This document shows, in pieces, positions 27,695-33,764 of a DNA stretch of 64,000 nucleotides. The DNA lies in IMG/VR virus record IMGVR_UViG_3300010338_000470; one strand, written 5' to 3'. Position 1 is the stretch's first letter. The number at the start of each line of letters is the position of its first letter. Under the pieces are notes generated by a model that was given only the letters and a program-made list of their open reading frames with translations, ran no database searches and had not been told where the DNA came from. Source of the stretch: a virus. Taxonomy: Duplodnaviria; Caudoviricetes. Position numbers and translations under genes: made by a program.

Positions 27695-27751
27695 TAAGGA
27701 GGAGACCCCTCAGTCTCACCACTTTGACGTTGCGGGCAGGTGACGCCCGGA

Positions 27752-27827
27752 TGGTGCGGTATGCCGGATTCGAACCGACTGTCTTCTCGTTGGCAACGAG
27801 ACGCATCGCCAGCAATGCTTATACCGC
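27752..27827 (-). tRNA. tRNA-Gly (GCC)
   Basis: Cloverleaf with CCA. Confidence 0.9.
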
Positions 27828-27832
27828 CAAGG

Positions 27833-27908
27833 TGGAGCCCGCGAAGGGATTCGAACCCCTACTTTCTCGTTACGACGGAGACGTGCTAGCCATTAACACT
27901 ACGCAGGC
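27833..27908 (-). tRNA. tRNA-Thr (CGT)
   Basis: Cloverleaf, C31-C39 mismatch. Confidence 0.87.
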
Positions 27909-27909
27909 A

Positions 27910-27986
27910 TGGAGCCCCCAGGGAGAATCGAACTCACCTCTTGTAGCGTACCATGCTACCGTGCTATCCATTACCACTATGGAGGC
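27910..27986 (-). tRNA. tRNA-Thr (GGT)
   Basis: Cloverleaf with CCA. Confidence 0.9.
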
Positions 27987-27988
27987 CT

Positions 27989-28533
27989 GACAGTGATTGA
28001 GGCTCACTGTGGGCCTGAGAACTCTCCTACCCATGGCCTTGGGTCGCCTGATTTACCTAATATCCGACTTGACGGTACTTCCCCGCCCTTTTTCAGGCAA
28101 GCGCACGGATGGAACGAACACCCGCAGGGCCGAGCACATACGATACTACGTAGCTCCCCTCAATGTCGCTAGAGGTTTCTACCATTGTACCCCACCCGCT
28201 ACGCGATTGTGTAGCAAGCCTGGTAGCAACGCATGTGCCGGGTATCGCACATGTTACCCTAGCCGGTTTTTTGTTTTACCATGGATCAGCTGTATACATG
28301 CTCGGGTTAAGAGCCCTCGCCACTGTCCAAGTTCCGTGTGACCTTCACGTTCACGTAGTTGGCTAACGTTCCATGCCCGTTATTTAATATGCTCGTTCAA
28401 GCATAACCAACTACCGCTCTGAGCCTAAGATCTCTTTGAGGTCGGACTGTCCTCACCCTACAGATGTCTTAGCATCCCTGCACTGAACGGACTGGGAGCA
28501 CAACCCGTTCCTGATTGCCCCGAAGGGCTCTCA
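27989..28533 (-). ncRNA. Large structured ncRNA, GOLLD-like (~545 nt)
   Basis: Between tRNAs, no credible ORF; more than 12 helices plus loop-loop complementarity; A-rich linkers ATTAAATAAC and GGTAAAACAAAAAACCGG and a terminal TCTCAGGCC resemble GOLLD as I recall it. Confidence 0.6.
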
Positions 28534-28536
28534 TCG

Positions 28537-28607
28537 TTCTCCGCAGAGGAATCGAACCCCTAGCTTCTGGGCCAAAACCAGACGTGTTTCCGTTACACCA
28601 TCGGAGA
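28537..28607 (-). tRNA. tRNA-Gln (TTG)
   Basis: Cloverleaf. Confidence 0.88.
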
Positions 28608-28611
28608 ATAG

Positions 28612-28683
28612 TGGAGTCGCGGGGAATCGAACCCCGATCTTCTGGTTGCAAACCAGAGGTAATGGCCCTTATACGACGACCCC
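28612..28683 (-). tRNA. tRNA-Ala (TGC)
   Basis: G3-U70, A73. Confidence 0.92.
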
Positions 28684-28686
28684 AAT

Positions 28687-28760
28687 TGGTGCACCTACGA
28701 GGAATCGAACCTCGGTCAGTCGGATGTAAGCCGACCGCTCTCCCATTAAGCTATAGGTGC
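28687..28760 (-). tRNA. tRNA-Val (TAC)
   Basis: Cloverleaf with CCA. Confidence 0.92.
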
Positions 28761-28764
28761 TCGG

Positions 28765-28837
28765 TGCGGGCACCAGGGATTGAACCTGGGTCACGCAGAT
28801 ATAAGCTGCGTGGGGGCAACCAGCCCCCCCTACCCGC
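28765..28837 (-). tRNA. tRNA-Ile (TAT)
   Basis: CGCAG-CT TAT AT-CTGCG. Confidence 0.85.
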
Positions 28838-28852
28838 TAGATTCGACCACAG

Positions 28853-28936
28853 TGGGGGCGGTGGGATTCGAACCCACAACGGTCTTTCGACGCCGAGTTA
28901 AAAGCTCGGTCCCTTCAGCCATTCGGTCACACCCCC
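28853..28936 (-). tRNA. tRNA-Lys (TTT) with long variable arm
   Basis: CCGAG-CT TTT AA-CTCGG followed by a GTC-GAAA-GAC arm. Confidence 0.85.
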
Positions 28937-29385
28937 AGAAGGCCATAAGATCTGGCCCATTTGCGAACAGCATTATCGCTGACGCCGTACTTGCTAGCAA
29001 TAGCCACCCATGACATTGATGCAATCTCCTGCCTGAGAACTTCAGGAGAAGGTCTTTCAACCTTCCGGCTAGCTATCCTAGCACATCTATCTGAACAATA
29101 CAACTTGTTCTTCGTTGCCGTACCACACCGCATGCAATCAACAGTGGGTGCTGAGTGCTTCTCTTTGTGTTGATCGACACTAAGCACTTCTAAGTTGTCC
29201 AGAGCATTGTTTGTGCGATCTTCGTCAATGTGGTGGACATGTTCATCTTCAAGAAGTGGTCGACCGAGTGCTTGCTCCATCAGATATCGAGGATACGACT
29301 GGCTCGTATAAACCCCATCATCACTGATGAGCACGACGATTAGTCGTCCTTCTTTGCCGTTGGAATACGGACCGTAGACCCTCAT
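28927..29385 (-). CDS. HNH endonuclease with C-terminal HTH
   Basis: RYLMEQALGRPL..EHVHHIDEDRTNNALDNL; KYGVSDNAVRKW. Confidence 0.9.
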   Translation of the reverse strand: MRVYGPYSNGKEGRLIVVLISDDGVYTSQSYPRYLMEQALGRPLLEDEHVHHIDEDRTNNALDNLEVLSVDQHKEKHSAPTVDCMRCGTATKNKLYCSDRCARIASRKVERPSPEVLRQEIASMSWVAIASKYGVSDNAVRKWARSYGLLGV

Positions 29386-29627
29386 GGTGAAACCTTCTTG
29401 CTGACTGGACGAATCCAGAGCGGAAGAGGAATCCAGATCCTCTCGTGGCCCTTGCCCTTGCCGAAGTCATGTTCGATCTGCACCTTATGTCTGCCCATGC
29501 AGGCGAACTTAGAACGACGTACGTTCCAATAGTGTTTTGCATTCAGAACCTTCTTGTGTTGACCTACCTTCTTATTGGCGGAAGGTACGGCGATGACTGA
29601 GAGCCATCCGGTTCTTTGGATGCGCAT
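29382..29627 (-). CDS. Basic hypothetical protein
   Basis: Stop overlaps the HNH start (ATGA). Confidence 0.55.
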   Translation of the reverse strand: MRIQRTGWLSVIAVPSANKKVGQHKKVLNAKHYWNVRRSKFACMGRHKVQIEHDFGKGKGHERIWIPLPLWIRPVSKKVSP

Positions 29628-29642
29628 GGTACCTTTCTACGA

Positions 29643-29719
29643 TGGCACGGGGGGAAGGAATCGAACCCTCGCTACACTTGGGTCAGAACCAAGCTGGCAA
29701 ACCAGCATGCCACCCCCGT
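29643..29719 (-). tRNA. tRNA-Gln (CTG), second copy
   Basis: CTTGG-TT CTG AC-CCAAG, CCA. Confidence 0.85.
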
Positions 29720-29720
29720 A

Positions 29721-29834
29721 TGGTGGTTCCGGCCGGAATCGAACCGGCAACCCCCGTCGGGGCGACATCCATGTATCTGACTACAGAAATCGGGTGCTAG
29801 GGCGGGCTTTCCCCCGCAATCCTTTCGGACCACC
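29721..29834 (-). ncRNA. Oversized tRNA-like RNA (~114 nt)
   Basis: Perfect T arm GCCGG-TTCGATT-CCGGC, 3' ACCA, enlarged D, anticodon and variable arms. Confidence 0.6.
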
Positions 29835-29839
29835 CGTAG

Positions 29840-29913
29840 TGGGCATACTCGGATTCGAACCGAGAATCCTGGAAGTTTGAGTTCCGGTGCTTTGCCAGTT
29901 AGCACATATGCCC
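29840..29913 (-). tRNA. tRNA with CAA anticodon (Leu) but a short variable loop
   Basis: GGAA-CT CAA AC-TTCC, 74 nt. Confidence 0.82.
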
Positions 29914-29914
29914 T

Positions 29915-30008
29915 AAGTTTCTCTTGCTATTCTTCCAAGTAGGCGTTTGAGCGTGACATGCGCTGTCTGGGTGGAAGCCAGGTGCTCTGCCAATTGGGCT
30001 AGACAGAC
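29915..30008 (-). pseudogene. 5' half of tRNA-Gly(TCC) fused to an HNH C-terminal remnant
   Basis: GTCTGTC-TAGCCCAATTGGCAGAGCA-CTGG CT TCC AC CCAG, then a frame reading ACHAQTPTWKN; no T arm. Confidence 0.6.
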
Positions 30009-30009
30009 A

Positions 30010-30096
30010 TGGTGCCGGAGGAGGGATTCGAACCCCCTAAGCTCAAAAGCAACTGATTTACAGTCAGCCCCAACTCACCGTCGTTGGCGCTCCGGC
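30010..30096 (-). tRNA. tRNA-Tyr (GTA)
   Basis: Cloverleaf, variable arm, CCA. Confidence 0.9.
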
Positions 30097-30108
30097 GTGG
30101 AGCGATAG

Positions 30109-30409
30109 GTACGATGGTGTGCCACATCCATGGTTCGATGTAGCGGTTAGCCCACTGCTTGTGCAGACCCAAAGGCTTGCCCTTGTCGTCAAGCGGGCCG
30201 AGCTGTGATAGCTCTCGCACACCCTCAACGCAGGCATCCCTCATGCGCAGGATGATCTCCTCAGCCTTGGCACGATCCTCGTCGGTCATGGGCGTTACCG
30301 CCTGCATGCCCGGTTGGTTATACCTATAGTCCACCGGCAAGGCTGGATCATCTTCGATCCTGCTTAGCTGCTTCCACGTTGGGATGGCTCGACTAGATGC
30401 CGAGTTTCG
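30109..30409 (-). pseudogene. thyX: Internal fragment of ThyX (FAD-dependent thymidylate synthase)
   Basis: RNSASSRAIP...NQPGMQA...LHKQWANRYIEPWMWHTIV; no start, no C-terminus; preceded by a tRNA 5' half (30410-30442). Confidence 0.75.
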
Positions 30410-30442
30410 AAGCCACTCTGACCAGACTGAGTTACACCCCCG

Positions 30443-30517
30443 TGGCGCTCTATCCGGGACTCGAACCCGATTCTCAAGCTTGACAAGCTTGGGTGGTAAC
30501 CCATACACCAATAGAGC
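30443..30517 (-). tRNA. tRNA-Asp (GTC)
   Basis: Cloverleaf, G73, CCA. Confidence 0.92.
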
Positions 30518-30519
30518 AG

Positions 30520-30768
30520 GTGCCCCCTCTCCCCTTGCTAGCAGGAGATGACTTAGGAGGACTTTTAGGTCAGTCTGGTTTCCGGTACCCTGACGAGTAT
30601 CAGTCGACAAGGCTGCCTTGCAGCGCTACAGGGACAGGCGCGTTACCTGCCATCACCGGCACACCCCTGACTTTTGGGTGCTTCGCTCTTGTAGAAGTGG
30701 ACGGGTTGGACGTTGGCGTCTCAGCCACAAGAGTACGTCGCCCCATTACCGCTGAGTCGACCCGTCAT
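30520..30768 (-). ncRNA. Unnamed pseudoknotted RNA candidate (~250 nt)
   Basis: GACGGGT/ACCCGTC, CTCAGC/GCTGAG, crossing CTCTTGT/ACAAGAG, CCGGT/ACCGG, CCCTG/CAGGG. Confidence 0.5.
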
Positions 30769-30780
30769 AGATCTATCAAT

Positions 30781-31146
30781 CTAGCCTTTCCACAAGAAGT
30801 CGGGGAAGGGCTTGAAGGTCTTGTCTTCTAAGCTATCTAGACTCCAGATCCCTTGTGGTGGGGTTAGACCCGTTCGATTGAGGCGCTCATTGACTGCCTC
30901 ATTGAATGCCTCCTTGTTCCAGTAGACACCGCTGTCGCCAGAGTACGAAAACTCTGACAGACGTATGTGTTGACCGGGGTGAGGAACAGCTTCTTCAAGG
31001 GAAGCCCTCTGGTCGAACTTGAACTTGAGTTCAATTGTCCCGGAGAGATCCACGGCTGTCACAGCTTGAGTCCCATCCTCCAAAGTTTCAACCTTCGTCA
31101 CCCAGAGGGTGCCGGGAGCGTATACCATCGTAGACATGGGGGGCAT
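30781..31146 (-). CDS. Hypothetical protein
   Basis: 121 aa ORF after tRNA-Asn. Confidence 0.6.
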   Translation of the reverse strand: MPPMSTMVYAPGTLWVTKVETLEDGTQAVTAVDLSGTIELKFKFDQRASLEEAVPHPGQHIRLSEFSYSGDSGVYWNKEAFNEAVNERLNRTGLTPPQGIWSLDSLEDKTFKPFPDFLWKG

Positions 31147-31169
31147 CTTAACACCCCTAACTACAGAAG

Positions 31170-31242
31170 CTCTGGGACCAGGATTCGAACCCGGAACTTT
31201 CGGGTAACAACCGAACGCGTTCGCCATTTACGCCATCCCAGA
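31170..31242 (-). tRNA. tRNA-Asn (GTT)
   Basis: U1-A72, G73. Confidence 0.92.
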
Positions 31243-31293
31243 ATGGTTCCGGTCTCTCCCGGATGTCAAACCACTCACGCAGGTTTCGCCTCG

Positions 31294-31367
31294 TGGTTCC
31301 TCTCAGATTCGAACTGAAGCCTCTGGGTCTTCACGCCAGCGTGCCATTCCAACTACACCAAAGAACC
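31294..31367 (-). tRNA. tRNA-Phe (GAA)
   Basis: Cloverleaf, C31-C39 mismatch. Confidence 0.85.
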
Positions 31368-31368
31368 A

Positions 31369-31453
31369 TGGTACTCCTGGGGGGAGTCGAACCCCCACAC
31401 CCGAAGGCAACTGAGTTTGAATCAGCCGCGTCTGCCAATTCCGCCACAGGAGC
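31369..31453 (-). tRNA. tRNA-Leu (CAA), canonical
   Basis: Variable arm, CCA. Confidence 0.92.
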
Positions 31454-31463
31454 ATGACTGAAG

Positions 31464-31532
31464 CGCCCTTGCCCAGAGTCGAACTGGGTCAACTTGCTTA
31501 GGAGGCAAATGTCGGTATCCCACCGCAAGGGC
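31464..31532 (-). tRNA. tRNA-Arg (CCT), aberrant D arm
   Basis: TTTGC-CT CCT AA-GCAAG, 69 nt. Confidence 0.8.
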
Positions 31533-31542
31533 AGTTGTTTAG

Positions 31543-31614
31543 CACCCCCACGGGGATTCGAACCCCGTTCTCGGACTTGAAAGGACCACGTCTTAACCCA
31601 TAGACCATGGGGGC
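31543..31614 (-). tRNA. tRNA-Glu (TTC)
   Basis: Cloverleaf. Confidence 0.9.
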
Positions 31615-31649
31615 AAGTTTGTGTGGTCCGGTTTTCAGAGCCACACTAG

Positions 31650-31722
31650 TGGGTGTGAGAGGATTTGAACCTCCACCAATCGGGTAAGAGCCGATCATGC
31701 TAGCCGTTAACACCACACACCC
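31650..31722 (-). tRNA. tRNA-Lys (CTT)
   Basis: Cloverleaf. Confidence 0.92.
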
Positions 31723-31881
31723 ATGAGTTGACCGCATAAAGTGCACTTGCGGCCAACTTATCATCGCGTAGGGCATTTGAGCCCCCCACTCGGCTCCGGC
31801 TGTCTATTCGCTGTTCCTCGGCAGCTAGCCGCCCTAACCCCTAGGAGGATGAATCCTGTGGGAGGGGAGGATTTTCTTGCG

Positions 31882-31954
31882 TCGGCATGGAGAGAGTTGA
31901 ACTCCCATTTCGACCTTATCAGAGTCGCGTCTTAAACCGTTGGACCACATGCCG
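31882..31954 (-). tRNA. tRNA-Ile (GAT)
   Basis: Cloverleaf. Confidence 0.9.
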
Positions 31955-32004
31955 TAGTGTCGGATTGGGATGACTTTCCCTCAAGAAGTCCGACAGCTCC
32001 TTTG

Positions 32005-32091
32005 TGGGGGTGAGAGGATTCGAACCTCCTGAAGCCTTTCGGGCCAGCAGGGTTACAGCCTGCCCCAACTCTCCAACGTTGGCGCACCCTC
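32005..32091 (-). tRNA. tRNA-Tyr (GTA), second copy
   Basis: Cloverleaf, variable arm. Confidence 0.88.
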
Positions 32092-32094
32092 ATA

Positions 32095-32340
32095 GGTGCG
32101 CGGATTCTCTCTGGATACCGCGTAGGTCACACAACTTTGCCATGTGTCGGCTCCGATACTCTATCGGTAGTACCTGGCCAACTTGCGAAGAAGGTCAGGA
32201 TGGAGGTTCCGTGCCGGTGGGAAGGAGTGTACGTCCTGCCCATTCGCTCCGACTCTAGTTCCCCTTTTCGGGGCGCTACCCCGACATCGAGTCCAATTTC
32301 TGTCGACTTACTCCAGGCTTGGACTAGGCCTAGAACTGGA
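32095..32340 (-). ncRNA. Unnamed multi-hairpin RNA with a kissing loop
   Basis: Adjacent hairpin loops AGTCCAA and TTGGACT are complementary; at least 6 further hairpins. Confidence 0.5.
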
Positions 32341-32343
32341 TCA

Positions 32344-32418
32344 TGGCACCCGATGGGAGAGTCGAACTCCCGCTTCTTGACTGAGAATCAAGCGTCACTA
32401 CCGCTAGACCAATCGGGC
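32344..32418 (-). tRNA. tRNA-Glu (CTC)
   Basis: Cloverleaf with CCA. Confidence 0.92.
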
Positions 32419-32569
32419 ATGCGAGGGAGTGTCACCTCCCCCGTTGCAGAAGTTGTCTCTCTTCTCTTGCCTGATTGGATATGGTCCAGTCAGGAGGACC
32501 CTTCACCCACATCAAAGTCGGGTGTCAACGCTTTCGCGACCACTTACTATCTTTGGGCCAAAGCCCTAG

Positions 32570-32640
32570 CACGCCCTGGAGGAATCGAACCCCCGCCTTA
32601 ACTGGTTTGGAAGCAGTTTGGTCACCATGACCTAAGGCGT
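32570..32640 (-). tRNA. tRNA-Trp (CCA)
   Basis: Short D arm, C31-C39 mismatch, G73. Confidence 0.82.
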
Positions 32641-32649
32641 ATATGTTGT

Positions 32650-32723
32650 TGGCAGGAGTGCAGAGAATCGAACTCTATCGACAAGGGTTTTGGAGACCCT
32701 CCGGCTACCTCAGCCTCACTCCT
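32650..32723 (-). tRNA. tRNA-Trp (CCA), second copy
   Basis: A1-U72, G73, CCA. Confidence 0.9.
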
Positions 32724-33057
32724 AAGTTCTACTACCCCAAGTGCGTTCCCTGTGACAATTAGCGCAGACTACATCACACTTGTCTATCTCTTCGTTGAGC
32801 TTCTTCCACGAACCTCGTTTCATCAGCGTGTTGATTACGCCAGTCTTCTCAGCGGGATCACGATGATCGAAGTCCATTACATGTGGTGGGTAAGCTACCC
32901 CACAGTCCATGCATGGTTCCGACTTAAGCTGATTGACGTAATCTTTCATCTTCTGGTACTTGATGCGGTTTCGCTCGTAGTACTGTTCTCGATTTTCTCT
33001 GTAGTGATTCCTCCTAGAAGCTCTTGCCCGTTCATCTAACGGGTCCTTGTAGGCCAT
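32722..33057 (-). CDS. HNH endonuclease
   Basis: PCMDCG..MDFDH..KCDVVCANCHRERT. Confidence 0.88.
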   Translation of the reverse strand: MAYKDPLDERARASRRNHYRENREQYYERNRIKYQKMKDYVNQLKSEPCMDCGVAYPPHVMDFDHRDPAEKTGVINTLMKRGSWKKLNEEIDKCDVVCANCHRERTWGSRT

Positions 33058-33064
33058 GTTGCTG

Positions 33065-33093
33065 ACCTTACCACGCATTTCTTCATTTGTCAA
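33065..33093 (-). promoter_or_regulatory. Promoter at the head of the tRNA array (leaderless HNH)
   Basis: TTGACA-17 bp-TAAGGT, ATG 7 nt downstream. Confidence 0.75.
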
Positions 33094-33305
33094 GTCTGTG
33101 TTTGAAGTCACAGCGAGGGAGAGGTCCAGGTGGCCTGGAGTCCGCTTCTACCTACCTAGGTTCGCTGCTTCAAACGTTGATTCAGCTACCCTGGGCGGGA
33201 GCAAACTCTTGGGCAATCAACCAATTGCCTGGGAGTGAGCGCGACGTCGCCACCTGCTCGGAGCGCTTATAGGCTCTCAGTGTGGATTTCGTCGCCATGT
33301 CAAAA

Positions 33306-33334
33306 ACTATAGCACACCCATCTACGCAAGTCAA
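33306..33334 (-). promoter_or_regulatory. Promoter preceding a 38-codon leaderless ORF
   Basis: TTGACT-17 bp-(TGC)TATAGT. Confidence 0.65.
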
Positions 33335-33390
33335 AACGCTTGGCTACAGTCCGTGTTTTCCGGGCCACTTCGTCTACTAGAATTGAGATC

Positions 33391-33699
33391 ATGTTGAACT
33401 TTCTAGCCGCCGCGACAGATGGGATCACTCTGGATTCAGCCCTGACGGCTTTGAACTTAGGGCTGGCAGGCATCGGCCTGCTTGCTTTCACTAGAGGATG
33501 GATCGTTCCAGGAAAGACCTATGAGGAATCTCTCCGCAGGGAGGCTGAATCTCGGGCCGAGATAACTAAACTCAACAAAGCGATGAACGACAAGTTTCTG
33601 CCTGAACTCCAAAAGGCTAGAGCTGTCCAGATCGCTTTAGGCCAACTAGTGGACCGAGTGGCAGCCTTCGTGGAGAAGGAGGAATCCCGTGAGTCTTGA
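33391..33699 (+). CDS. Small membrane protein (holin-like)
   Basis: One TM segment, RGWIVPG, coiled-coil tail. Confidence 0.6.
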   Translation: MLNFLAAATDGITLDSALTALNLGLAGIGLLAFTRGWIVPGKTYEESLRREAESRAEITKLNKAMNDKFLPELQKARAVQIALGQLVDRVAAFVEKEESRES

Positions 33700-33764
33700 A
33701 GTTGAGAGACTAGATCGAGCTACGGCCCTGCATTCGGAAAGCAACGCCATGCTCATCGCCAAAA

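Noticed and set aside
29721-29834. Y RNA (GGTCCGA resembles the Ro-binding motif) or tRNA-Sec
   Set aside because: The arm order is that of a normal tRNA, there is no bulged-C helix, no Ro gene in the window, and no UCA in a 7-nt loop.
29999-30610. 203-aa ORF as a real gene
   Set aside because: It runs through tRNA-Asp and tRNA-Tyr; only the central thyX fragment is protein-like.
30590-30612. Hammerhead ribozyme core (CTGACGAG on the + strand)
   Set aside because: No stem II followed by GAAA.
19808-32723. CRISPR-like array suggested by recurring TCGAACC motifs
   Set aside because: These are tRNA T-loops; there are no identical repeats with regular spacers and no cas genes.
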